DNA of 64,000 bases. Source: the human T2T-CHM13v2.0 reference genome, Homo sapiens. The notes beneath the pieces are model-generated. The model did no database searches. It had not been told where the DNA came from and worked only from the letters and a program-made list of their open reading frames with translations. The stretch is from assembly GCF_009914755.1 (NCBI RefSeq), contig NC_060936.1; one strand, 5' to 3'. This document shows positions 43,404 through 55,792 of this stretch, piece by piece. The translations under genes were made by a program, and so were the position numbers. Position 1 is the stretch's first letter. Each line of letters opens with the position of its first letter.

Positions 43404-43711
43404 CAGGGCCACAGTCTTCAGAGGTAGAAGAAAAGCACTAATACTACATCATATGGACCAAGAAGCACAGCCTGAAAGTGGACTAAGCACAGATACATGA
43501 CAACAGGGCCATGCCAGCTGAGGAGTTCTGCGTCCAGATGAGACTAGTGTATGGGCCCCCTAACTTGCCTGCTCCACAAATTCACATATAGCTTTTGTAG
43601 GAATCGCTGAAGAAATGGACACAAAACCTTGTTTCTTCCAAGGAATACCCTTCCCTCACCCATCACCTTATACAGAAATCCTTTATATCCTTTAATATAT
43701 AGGTGAGTTAC

Positions 43712-44848
43712 TACCACACTCTCCAGATCAGACTGTACAACACTCTCCAGATCACACAGTACCACATCCTCCAGACCACACAGTACCACAATCTCCAATT
43801 CACACCATACCAAACTCTCCAGATCACACCTAACACACTCTCCAGATCACACAGTACCGCATCCTCCAGACCACATAGTACCACACTCTCCAATTCACGC
43901 CATAGCACTCTCCAGATCACAGTGTACCACCTTCTCCAGATTACACCGTACCGCACTCTCCAGATCACACTGTACCACACCCTCAAGATCACACTGTACC
44001 ACACTCTCCAGACCACAGTGTACCAACCTCTCCAGATTGCACCATACTGCACTCTCCAGATCACACTGTACCACACCCTCAAGATCACAATGTACCATAC
44101 TCTCCAATTCACACCATACCAAACTCTCCAGATCACAGTGTACCACCCTCTCCAGATTACATCGTACCACACTCTCCAGATAACACTGTATCACAACCTC
44201 AAGCTCACACTGTACCACACCTTCTGGATCACAGTGTGCCACACTCTGCAGATCACACTGTACCACACCCTCAAGATCACAATGTACCACACTCTCCAAT
44301 TCACACCATACCAAACTCTCCAGATCACAGTGTACCACCCTCTCCAGATTACATCGTACCACACTCTCCAGATAACACTGTATCACAACCTCAAGCTCAC
44401 ACCGTACCACACCTTCTGGATCACAGTGTGCCACACTCTGCAGATCACACTGTACCACACCCTCAAGATCACAATGTACCACACTCTCCAATTCACACCA
44501 TACCAAACTCTCCAGATCACAGTGTGCCACCTTCTCCAGATTACGTCGTACCGCACTCTCCAGATAACACTGTATCACAACCTCAAGATCACACCGTACC
44601 ACACCTTCTGGATCACAGTGTGTCACACTCTCCAGACCACACTGTACCACACCCTCAAGATCATGATGTACCACACTCTCCAATTCACAGCATACCAAAC
44701 TCTCCAGATCACAGTGTGCCACCTTCTCCAGATTACGTCGTACCGCACTCTCCAGATAACACTGTATCACAACCTCAAGATCACACTGTACCACACTCTC
44801 CGGATCACAGTGTGCCACACTCTCCAGATCACACAGTGCCACGCTCTC
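43712..44848. repeat. 24-bp minisatellite (~47 units; consensus ~TACCACACTCTCCAGATCACACTG) with a 192-bp higher-order repeat
   Basis: The 24-bp period is directly visible. The variant unit cttctgg recurs at 44221, 44413 and 44605 (spacing 192). Confidence 0.97.
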
Positions 44849-44984
44849 TTTCCGGAAGCGTTACTACATGCCTTCAGCAGGTAGTTATTTTTTTGTTTTC
44901 TTCCGTTATGCTTTATATGTCCCTGTGTTAACTACCCACACCCACGCCCTTTGAAAATTGACAATAGTCATTATCACTGATTCC

Positions 44985-45460
44985 TCAGTCCATGTGTTTG
45001 GATTCTCCCTAAGGCGAGGATTTAGGAGGAAGTGGTTTATTTGAGAGGGGCTCCCAGAAAGCTTTGTGAAGGAGTAGGATGGTGAGAATGAGGAAAGTGG
45101 AAACCTAAGATAAATGTGCTCATGAACAGGTTAATGCTGCATCAACTGGGGTTCAGTCCCACTGGAGACCTCCTAAGAAACTGTGTGAAGCACACCTCCA
45201 AATTTGCACACTGAAAGGGGAGACCAAACAGGAGCCCCTCCCTGCCTGAAGGTCACCTTTGGGGCTAACTCCCTGGCTCTTCCAGCCTGTCCTATGCACA
45301 GGTGAACCTGCTCCCACAATCAGAGAACGCCCATAGACAGAGAGTGGGAGGAAGCCATTGGTGCAAAGAGGAACCATCTGAAGGTCACCTCCAGCGTGGG
45401 CCAATGGGAGGTGGGTGCTGCACAAAAGCGTCTGCTCCCATCCTCTGTGTATGACAGAAG
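44985..45460 (-). mobile_element. Old ERVL LTR fragment (LTR16/LTR33-like)
   Basis: agtggtttatttgagaggggctcccagaa..caactggggttcagtcccactggagacc pattern; heavily diverged. Confidence 0.4.
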
Positions 45461-47520
45461 GCATCATACGTAGGTGTGCACTGTCATTATCTCACTTAAT
45501 CCTCACCTCCCTGGGTGAGCGAGGTATTACATTTCACTTCTGTGGATGAAGGGAATTGAGGCCCAGAGAGGTTACAGCCTTGCTCAAGATCACACAGCAG
45601 ATAAGTGACAGGTGTAAGATGTGAACCCAGATCTGCCTGCCTCAAAAAAACTAGTTTTTAACAACACCACTTTTTGCAATCAGAATGTCTGACCCATTAT
45701 TGTTTTCATCAAACACTCTCTTTCACCTCCCCACTTTCCACTCCCAGTCTAACCTGATGCACCTAAGAAATATTTGTACTTGGCAGGTCACATTCATCAA
45801 GCACCAGCTGTGTGTCAGGTGCCAGGCCAAAATGAATGAAGTTTTCCCCTTCCTTCAAGGAGCTTCACTGAGCAAGGTCTCTGTGGAGAGGCTTTTGCTC
45901 ACTGCCAAGTCTCTCCCAGATTGACCTGTCAGCAGCAGAGTATCATCTCCCGTCTCATGGCAGAAAGAGTCTTAGGGAAAGGCTGCATTGCCATGTTCCA
46001 GTTTCCCACACAGCACAGTGAGCCCTTAATTCACTGCCAATCCTACAACACTGTCTTCAATATTAGGAGATGATGCTGCTGGCAGTGATGACTGCTCTTA
46101 CTGGTGCATTACCAACAACCCTCTCACACTGCACAACTGCATGTGTAAAGATGGCCCTTTAGAGGAAGATCAAAGCATGTAGGCCTCCCCTGAGTCTTGG
46201 AGAGCCTCTAATGTGTCCAAGGCTTGAAGACCACCAATGTAGGGGTCTCTGTATGGGGACTAAGCTGCCAGAGAAAACTCAATGGGATTGAGAACTGTAG
46301 TGAATAGGATTACTTTGCCGAGCATCTTCAACTGCATAATGCATTGTTTAGGAAATACCATATTTGGTAAAAATGTTGTAAAAGATTTAATAGAAATATA
46401 GGTAGACACGTACAGATTTTAATATTAAAAATTCATCTATAGCAAGGGTTATTGCAGGAAGAATAACGCTGGAGGACAAGAGCAGACCCACAAGAGTCCT
46501 ACTTGTGTGAGGCCTCCCCAGCCTCCTGGGTGAGATAGGGAGGCAGAGATTGGCCAGGGGCTCATCACACGCATTCCCTCCTCCTGGATACACAGCTAGA
46601 TGGGGGCAATATGAAGGAGCTGTGGCCAGACAGACATGAGTGGAGGTGGCGTATGCTGCTTCCAAGCCTGGGCCTTAATTTTTCCTGTGAGGTCCTCTGC
46701 TCTCTCTATCTCTCTTCCCTCATCTCCTGTGGAAAATGTCAATAGTACCACTGGAAAGAGGAAGCCCAGATTCCTGAATTGCCATGTGGAACGCTGTCCT
46801 CCAAACGTCTGGCTTAACTACAATAGAAGCAAGAACTAAATATTGGAGGTTTACAACATTTCTCCTGAATGTGCTCCAACATTTAGACGTGCTGAAACTG
46901 AACTACTGCAGCTGGCGAGGGAAACTGGGACAGGCAGGTCCTGAGGTACCACTTGTAACTTTCCTAAGTGAAGAGAAAGACTTGCCCCAACTCAAGGCCT
47001 CGTAAAGTATGGACACTGTTTCTGAGCAGGCCCAGAGGTCACTGAGGGTGGCTAGGGCCAAAGTCCAAGGCCTATATGCCTGTTGAACCAGTGGTCAGTT
47101 GTAGGTGAGGAGAAATGTGTTTGAGAGAAACAGTGTTTGAGTGTGACACTCTAATACCGTCTAGTATAAATCACTGGGAATTGATGCCAACATTATCCAA
47201 ACAGCACATCCTCCAAAACTGAGCAAGTTAAACAACATTTTGGAGTTCTAAGAAAGACCTGCAGTAATTCAGAGAGGAAATTTCTAAGCTGTAGATACAG
47301 TAGTAAAACAGTATTAGTGGAGAAAGGCAGCAGAGCCAGGGGACCAACAGCATCTGTCATAGTCCAAGCTTGATCAGAGACCTATTAAAGAGACAGGCAG
47401 GGGTGAGACCCTAGGACCCACAGCCCTGGGAAGGGACTTGAGAGTGGGAAAGCTAAGCGATCCTTTGGCGCTACTTTGCAAAGAGCATTGCCCGCTAGGG
47501 AATCTGGAGACAGCAGTGTA

Positions 47521-47738
47521 AATCTACAGGGGTTGAATTGGAATTCTACAGGGGTTGAACTGGAATTCTACAGGAGTTGAATTGGAATTCTATAGGGGCT
47601 AAATTGGAATTCTATAGGAGTTGAATTGGAATTCTATAGCAGGAGTTGAATTGGAATTCTACAGGAGTTGAATTGGAATTCTATAGCAGGCGTTGAATTG
47701 GAATTCTATAGGAGTTGAACTAGAATTCTATAGGAGTA
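47521..47738. repeat. 22-bp minisatellite (~10 units; ~GAATTCTAYAGGRGTTGAATTG)
   Basis: GAATTC occurs at 47541, 47563, 47585, 47607, 47629, 47654, 47676, 47701 and 47723 (period 22, with two 25-bp variants). Confidence 0.95.
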
Positions 47739-48867
47739 GGAAAAGCCTTCCGTGATATTCCTCTGCTGGTGGAAAGCTTTGTGGTTTTCTCCTTCCGGTC
47801 CTGCCTGGGTGGGTATGGCCCCCCGAGATAAAAGACCTGGGTGATCCTGCACTGCTTCACCAAATGATCATCTGGATAATGATCTGTGCTCACCATTTAC
47901 AGCTAGCGCTGCCGCTTCTGTCATTTCTTCTATAGTTATGTATGTTAGCAAATGCCCCATAAGATCTTTAGCTTCTTAGGCCTTTCCCCTCTCTGCCACC
48001 AAGAGGCCAGGTCCTCCCTGCCTGATTTGTGCATATCAGGTCCTCACCAGCCTGAACGTGCCACATCCCCATCTTTGGCCTGATTCTCATACCCCTTAAC
48101 TACAGGAGACAATTCTGAGGCCCAGTGGAAGTGTCTGCCATTGAAAGGTCACTTTCGGTTTCGAGATCTCATCACTCTGCACCCTCATGTGACTCTGAAC
48201 CCTCGCGCTCGCCACACTCCCACTCTTGCCCCACCCCCGCATACAGTTTGGAGGGCTTCTCTCCATAAGCAAAGTCCCAGAGAGACATCTTCCAGGCAGA
48301 CCCCAGCTATTGCCAGATGTGCTCTACTATGAACATGCATTGAATAAATGAATGAGTGAATGAATGACAGGAAAAATGTGTTTGGAAGAATGAAAAAAAA
48401 TTTTGTCCCATATTAAAAATTCCCTGTCGTATTCCAAGGAGGACAAATTCTAAGGAGGGACGTCTTTTTCTGAGCAGATGACAGGTGTAACCATATGACA
48501 GGAGCAGCCAGAAGACTCAAACTCACCGACCTAACATAAGAGGCGGGGGTGCTGGAGTTGGAGGCAGGACCCGGAAGGGTGAGGGCCAGTGCGATGGGAG
48601 GGGAAGGGCAGAGAGGAAATGGACTGACAGGTGCGGGGAGGGCCCGCTGGGAATTTTCATTAAGTGCTGCTGTGAGGTTTGCAGTGTGACCTCTTCGTGT
48701 GCCTCTCCACAGAATCTTCAATCATGATTCCTTGAAATTGTTCTGGATTCACTCTTGGGGGACTGCTGAAGGACTGGGTTCTACTTCCAGATGAGCATGG
48801 GGAAGGAGCAGAGACTGATCTGGGTAACCAACGAGAGAGATTAGGGAAACAGGCAGACACCGTGGAA

Positions 48868-48968
48868 GGCAGAGGAGGAGAAGAGGAAGAAGAAAGAGAA
48901 GGGAAGGGGGAAAAAGAAGGAGGAAGAGGGAGGAGGGATGAAAGGAAAGGGAAGGAAGAAAGGGAGAA
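48868..48968. repeat. Polypurine (GA-rich) low-complexity tract
   Basis: About 100 nt almost entirely A/G on the + strand. Confidence 0.85.
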
Positions 48969-49755
48969 CTTTTCAATAGGATGTTTTTTCTTTTTCTTTT
49001 TCCTTTTTTCAATAGGAATTTGAGCCTCTGTCCAGGGTGCCTGAGGCATCCAATTTAACAACAACACAATCACATCTCATCTCTCTTAAATATTTTGGGG
49101 GCAAGAAAATTTAAGCCCATGTCACCTAAAAAAATAAGTAATCAGATCTGAGGGTCCGAAAATTTGGAAAACATATCTTGAAAACATATCTAGAAGGTGA
49201 TCAGGATGAGATGTGGAGTGGCATATGTCTTTAATTTTATTTTATCATCCCCTTTGAACTGTGTGTCCTCAGATCTCCCAGTCCCTACAGCAATTCCCTC
49301 CAAGTTCCCTGCAAAGAGGATCTAGTCATTTCAGAGGCCTTTCCTCCAACTGGAAATGAGTGATTCCCTTCCTCCATACTGATAAATCATAGGCCTGGCT
49401 ATTATTTATGAGTTTTACTTCTAAAAAACAGCCTGTGCCTGTGCTTTAGGGCCATGAGCCACCATAAACAAGGAGCATTTCCAATAAACGATCCAAATCC
49501 ATGTGACAGGCCACAAAATCAGCTCGGTGCCCCAGCTTGGAGCAGCTCTGAGTCACAGTGTGTGCTTGGCCGAGACTTCTGGGAAAGGGGCCTCAGGGAA
49601 GCACCTCCCAGTGAGGGAACAAATGAAGGTTTGAGGCAAGGAGGGATGCCACAGCCTGGAGTGCCACTTTGACTTTTGGATCTCTCTCACAAGCCAACAC
49701 AGAGGGCCTCACCTGCCTAGGACAGAGACTACATGGCTGAAGAAATGGAGCAAGT

Positions 49756-50133
<378 letters not shown>

Positions 50134-51305
50134 TCAGGAAGGGCTGTCTGCATCTCAGGCCACTAGGCAGGATTCCTCATAAGACAGACTTCTGGAGGGG
50201 TCTGAATCTCAACCCCATGAAAAAATGGTCCAGCCTTGTGCTTTGAACAACTCCAAATAAAGTACCTTCAGATTGCATGGCTATGGGGATACGATGGAGG
50301 GGAATCTAATGGAGAGAGGGTGAGGAGATAGGCAACCCTCTCTATTATTCACGTGCCCCCTAACATAGCACCTCCGCCAGGAAGCACCCCAGGTTGATTA
50401 GAGGCCATCTGAAAGTTTCACCTGCTTCCAAACTGTGGAGCAGGATCCCAACAAAGAGGGCAGACTCCACTTCCCGCCAGAAAGGACAATCGGGAATTTC
50501 TGTGCAGAGCCATTCCCACCATCAGCCCTTTTCTTTTACGTGTTAATCCTCTGCTGCATCGTGTCATGAAAAAATATGAGTGCAAATGACCCAGCTGTAA
50601 ACTGCCTTGGAAAACAATTAGTATGAAAGCCCAGCTTCATCCCAGGGGGCCAGCTCAGGACTGAAAGTCCCCAGAGCTCCATCTTAATCCTATGGAAACA
50701 GCATGGCCAGGAGAGGACGCCAGCTGCAGGCTCTGAATCTTGGAAAAGCAGCTCCTCCTGACTGGTGTCTTCGACAGCCCAGCTGGCAAATGCATAACGA
50801 TGGCAGCAAAAAAGAACAAGAAGATGCCCAAGCAAAAGTGCCTGCTCTTCCCCTTACCTCTCCCTAAGGCAGGTCATGCCTTTGCAAACAGCAATGTTTG
50901 CTGACAGCACAACCATCTGGGCTGCCCTTCATTTGGGAATGGGGGGTGGGTGGAGGGACTGTCTGGGTACCTGGTGTCATGCTGTTGCCCTGGTAGTGCC
51001 ATGGGTAGGGTGGAAATCACCCTAGGAGAAGCCAGCCAGCTGGGTAACAAGGCAGCCAGCGCATGACCTGAGGGAGCTGAAAGCCCCTGAACTGGGGATC
51101 TAGAGGGTGTGCCTGAGATACTCCTGTGGCCCAGAGAGCTTCCTAGCACAGGGGGCCTATCCCTCAGAGTCAGAAAGGTAACTCTTGCCCCTATGCAAAG
51201 GAGCATGAGACCTACTGAGCTGGCTAGCAGCCTAGGCCAGGGTGACAGCACCCCCAGCACATCTCCTTTTAAGAAAAAAGGGACCTAAACAGGAAGGGAG
51301 CACTG

Positions 51306-51364
51306 GAGAGAGAGAGAGAGAGAGAAACAGACAGACAGACAGACAGAGAGACAGACAGACAGAG
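51306..51364. repeat. (GA)n/(GACA)n compound microsatellite
   Basis: Directly visible. Confidence 0.9.
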
Positions 51365-51684
51365 GCGTATTCTGTTATAGGCCAATCATGAGAATCCTCC
51401 TATATCCAGCACCTACTATGTGCCAAGCACCATACAAGCACTTGACAACTTCCCTAAGATTTTTCTCCCTGTGACAAGGACAGGAGTGAGGAGAGAGCAG
51501 GAAGGTGTGCCCTGTCCCTGATCACAGACACCCCCAACACCCCTGGGTCATCTGGCAAATGCACACACTGGTCTAAAACCTGAGGGAGGAGGCATACGGT
51601 CAGTCCATTCTCAGCCCACCCCTCATGTCTTCCCAGAGGAAAACAACCCACAGGAAATTCTCCTGCCTTTCCCACCATTATCTT

Positions 51685-52615
51685 TTCTCATTCGACAAAT
51701 ATCTACTGAGGATGATCATGTGCCTGGTGTTGGGCCCCAGCTGTGCAGTGGTGGACAATCCAATCAGCTCCCGCCGTGTGGAGCTCCCAGTCTAGAAGGG
51801 TGAGGGCGACAACTGCAACCGTTTTAGATTTAGAGAGCGGTGAGTGTTGAAGGAATATGTAGTGAAATGAGAAGCAGAAGGAAAGGGCGATGGGAAGGCT
51901 GTTTTGGTCAGAGTGGTCAGGAAAGGCCTCTGAGGAGGTGACCTCTAAGCTGAGACCTGCAGGGTAAGGAGGAACCAGCCCCAGGGGCTGGGGAGAGCTC
52001 TAGGGGGACGCATCAGCCTGGGCAAAGTCTTGATGGAGAGCCCCAAGGCTGTGCAAGGAACTGGCCAGTCCACACAAGCGAAGCGTCCTGAGCCTGGTGG
52101 AAATACTGGGAGGGGGAATTGGAGAGGAAGGCCGGAGAGTAAATGTGTGGCTCTGTGAGCCACAGGAAGTACAACGGGAAGCTGTTGTAGATTTCTGAAC
52201 AGGGGAAGGATGTGACGAAATTAAATTTTTAAAAAATCACAGAAAGTGAATGGTGTGGGGGGGAGTGCGGCACAGAGACAGAAGTGGAAGCAGACAGACA
52301 AATTGTGAGTGTGTTGTTGTCCAGGCACAAACCAGTCAATATGAGGATGAAACTTGTGAAAAATGGTCAGATCTGGGATATGTTTGAAGGTAGAAAGAAC
52401 AATACTTACCAGCAGACTGGATCCTAGGGGTGAGAGAGAGAGAGAGCTCCAGGGAGTGAGAGTGCCAGGGAGAGAGAGAAAGAGAGAGCCAGGATAGCAC
52501 TTGGACTTTGAAGTGAGCATTTGGGTGGCTGCTGGTGCCATCTCCTGAGATGGGAAGAATCGGTGAAAGGCACCAGGTTTGGAGGAAAAATTAAGTTCTC
52601 AAAGTTGGACACATT
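51685..52615 (-). mobile_element. L2 fragment
   Basis: cattcgacaaatatctactgag..gagctcccagtctag..ggtcaggaaaggcctctgaggaggtgac..taagctgagacctg..tctgggatatgtttgaaggtaga. Confidence 0.65.
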
Positions 52616-54870
52616 AAATTCTTGGCCCCTATGCTTCTCCTTGGCCCCTGTGATTCTGCTCCCCAAAACCCAAAACCCCCAAACCCCAGCTCATGACCCA
52701 AGGCCATTAGAATATTGTTTGAACCGAGAATCATCCTTCGAAGTAGCCAGCCAGCCTGGAGGAGTCAGCACCTCAAGCAAATCCAAGCCTCAACGTCAAG
52801 GTTGGACTGGGTGATTTCCCAGGTTCTTCCTGCTTCTGGTCTTCTGTGCTCTACAATATGATTCACGAGGCTTTGACGGAAGACTAGAGGGGGACTCTGG
52901 GCTGGAAGTCAGAAGACCTTTCTGTCTAAGAGTCCCCAGATAAGGGAATTTATCTTTCTGAGCCTCAGTGTCCTAATTCATAAAATGGTACCTTCCTTCA
53001 ACATTTGTTGGGAAATAAAGCATGGAAAGCATCAAGCATGGTGTAAGGGCTCAAAGATTTGCTCTTATTTTGATGGCACAGCAAGGCACTGCAGAGATTT
53101 GCACATTTGTTTCCACTTCCTTAGTAAAAGAAGTGTTAGCAAGTTAGCTAAAAATCCCCTACAGAGCTCTCTTAGAAGGTTGGGGAGTGCATTTTGGCAT
53201 CACTTGGGGTGGTGAGGTCCCTAGGAATCTCGCTGAGGGCCAGGGAGGTGAAATAGGCAATCACAGGATCTGTTGCGTTTTGAAGATTGAAGGTGGCAAG
53301 CTGTGTGCTCCCAGGGTGAGTTCCCAGGGAGAGCAGGGGCCCTTGCTATGGGTCAGGGTGTCGGATGGCATCCTGGAGATGCGGGTGGAGGTAACATATG
53401 TGTCCTAGAAACAGGAAACCCTGACAGCTGCAGCCCCTAGACTGAGCCCAGCCTAAAGGAGAAGACTGTCCTCCCTGGAAGAGCCCATGCTGTCCAGGCC
53501 TGGAGTACGGAGGGGCCACCTCAGCCGCAGTCCAGCCTCTCCCATCAGAGGGGTGGGGCTAGTGTCCAGCAGCAATGTTCCATAGGAGTGAGACCCAAGG
53601 AGCGAAGGGCAGGTTCTACCCAGGCATCTCCATGTTTAACTTCGGATGTTGGCCTGACCCCTCTACCACTGAGGATTGCAGCAGGAAACAATTCCCCTTG
53701 GATGGTTCAAAGGAAGCGACTCTAATGAAGCCCTTACTCACAGCAGTGAAGAGACAAGGAGAGGAAATGGCATGGCTGATGCCCAGGAAGAACCAAGAGG
53801 GAGAATTCATCCTGCAAGAGCTGCAGTTATGAAGAGATGAATTTTCTCCAGAGATGTGGGAGCATCAGGGAGAAGCAGAGGAAAACACCCCAATTCCCTA
53901 GTGAGGGAGAAAAGGTGCAAACAAAGGAGGAGCACCACAGCCCTTCCTTCTCTTCTGGATGCTTTAGTCCCTGGGCTCCTAGAAAATCCAAAGAGAAAGA
54001 CAGGAAGATATTGGACTTCTTGCTAACAGAAGAGATGAGTGCTGCAAGGACTTTGTAGGGAAATGAGAGATGTGTTCATGGTCACAGCTCATGTCTGGGA
54101 AGGAATTCTTACCAGTTACACTGTGTTCTAAACAGTAGAATTACTGACCATAGTCTTACATAACTGGTAGGGGTGCTCCACATACTTGGCCTATAACCGT
54201 ACTCACATCGTTTTATTAGTAGTCACAGCCTCCTGCCATCCTCTCTGTTTCCCAGACAACATTTAGAATAATTTAAGCCAACATCATGGAGGGGGTCCCC
54301 CAACAAGCATAGAATCCCCCCTGGCCAGACCCTGGGAGGTTCTTTCTCCCCCACTGCCTGAGGCCACCCAGAGAGCCGGGAGCCCCAGAGAGCCAGGATC
54401 CTGGTGCAAAGCAGGAAGAGAATACAAGCCAGCAGACCCAACTTTCAGGCCAGATTGCAAATGACCAGCACTGTGGCGTCCCTGCAGAGAGGCATAGGCC
54501 CCATTCCCCTCTGCAGCCCACGCCGGCCAGGCCCACCCATGTCCTATGCTGGACTCTGTCCCTGATCAGGCTCCGCTGCAGAGAGCAGACCCCCCATCCC
54601 AGAGCACTGCATCCAATAAAGCCAACACTTTCACCCCATGCTCCAAAAACAAACACTGTCCACATTTAGAAGATTAGATTCATATATGCTCAAAATATTC
54701 TTCTTTAAAGAATGTTTGGTGCCCCGGCAGCCATTTGTACCTGTGACACTGATTTTTCCCCCATCCTTTTCCTTTCCTCCTGCTCTTCTCTCCTCAGTAA
54801 TAATATATTGCCTTTTGCTAGAGTAGCTTAGAATTGGAGGAAAAGTTTAGACTCAAGACTTCCTGGTAGG

Positions 54871-55180
54871 GGCCAGGCACGCTGGCTCACACCAGTAGTC
54901 CCAGCATTTGGAGAGGCTGAGGCAGGAGAATCACTTGAGCCCAGGAGTTCAAGACCAGCCTGGGAAACAAAATGAGATCCCCTTCTCTACAAAAAGTTAA
55001 AAAAAAAAAATTAGCCAGATGCTGTGGCACACACCAGTAGTCCCAGCTACTCAGGAGGCTGAGGTGGGAGGATCCCTTGAGCTCATGAGCTCAAGGCTGT
55101 TGTGAGTTATGACCATGCCGCTGCACCCCAGTCGGGGCAACAGAGTGAGACCCTGTCTATTTTTGAAAAAAGAGAGAGAG
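54871..55180 (+). mobile_element. AluJ-like SINE
   Basis: Diverged Alu dimer; ttcctggt(a/g)g is repeated on both flanks. Confidence 0.9.
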
Positions 55181-55514
55181 ATTCCTGGTGGCCTTTCAAA
55201 TTTAAAAAAAAATTCTTTCTTTGTTAAAACTTATAAAGCTCGCAGGACCCCAAAGCCTGTGGAGCTCCTCTCTCTCTGTGCATGTGGGACAGGCGGCTGC
55301 ACTCACAGCTTGCCTCCCTGCTGTCCTCCCTGCCTGGGTCATCTGACCCACACGGTTGTCCCCATCCCCAGAAATACTCGACCTCTTGTCATTCACATAT
55401 GTGAGTGCACTGCATTCTAAATCTTCTGGAACCTTTGTGGTGTTTCCTGTTGCTCTCCCAATAAATTTAAACTTTTCTGGGGAACAAGGACAGCTACATA
55501 TTAAAAGGCACTAG

Positions 55515-55713
55515 TGTGTCATGGTTTTAGCAAGGACAATGAGGTCAGACTCACCACTTATCAGTTCCATGACCTTGGGCCTCTGATCTTCTTCTCTGTG
55601 TCTTCAGTCTTCCTGTCTCTAAATGGGAGTATTAAGATTACCTACCCTCCTGGGGCTGTTTTAAGGATTAAACATACTGATATATGTAAAGTGCTTAGAA
55701 CAGTGTTTGGTAC
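55515..55713 (+). mobile_element. MIR SINE
   Basis: tcaccactta..tgaccttgggc..tcagtcttcctgtctctaaatggga..ttaaggattaaa..gtaaagtgcttagaacagtg. Confidence 0.65.
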
Positions 55714-55727
55714 AGGGTAAGCAGAGA

Positions 55728-55792
55728 GTGTGTGTGTGTGTGCGCGCGCGCGCGCACGCGTGCGTGCACATGTGCATGCATGCATGTGTACA
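55728..55792. repeat. Alternating purine-pyrimidine (TG)n(CG)n mixed tract
   Basis: 65 nt of uninterrupted R/Y alternation, including (CG)6. Confidence 0.93.

Noticed and set aside
43712-44848. Possible CRISPR-like array
   Set aside because: Contiguous tandem units with no unique spacers, in a eukaryotic intron; it is a minisatellite.
47521-47738. Possible heat-shock-element array or cloning/linker artefact (EcoRI sites)
   Set aside because: GAATTC lacks the 2-nt spacer of nGAAnnTTCn. The units show natural-looking divergence and there is no vector sequence.
47994-48010. CTCF-like motif tgccaccaagaggccag
   Set aside because: Mismatch at a core G position; too weak to call without a PWM scan or ChIP data.
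54110-54169. 9-bp inverted repeat (taccagtta/taactggta), considered as a small ncRNA
   Set aside because: Short stem with no C/D, H/ACA, Pol III or Y-RNA hallmarks; expected by chance.
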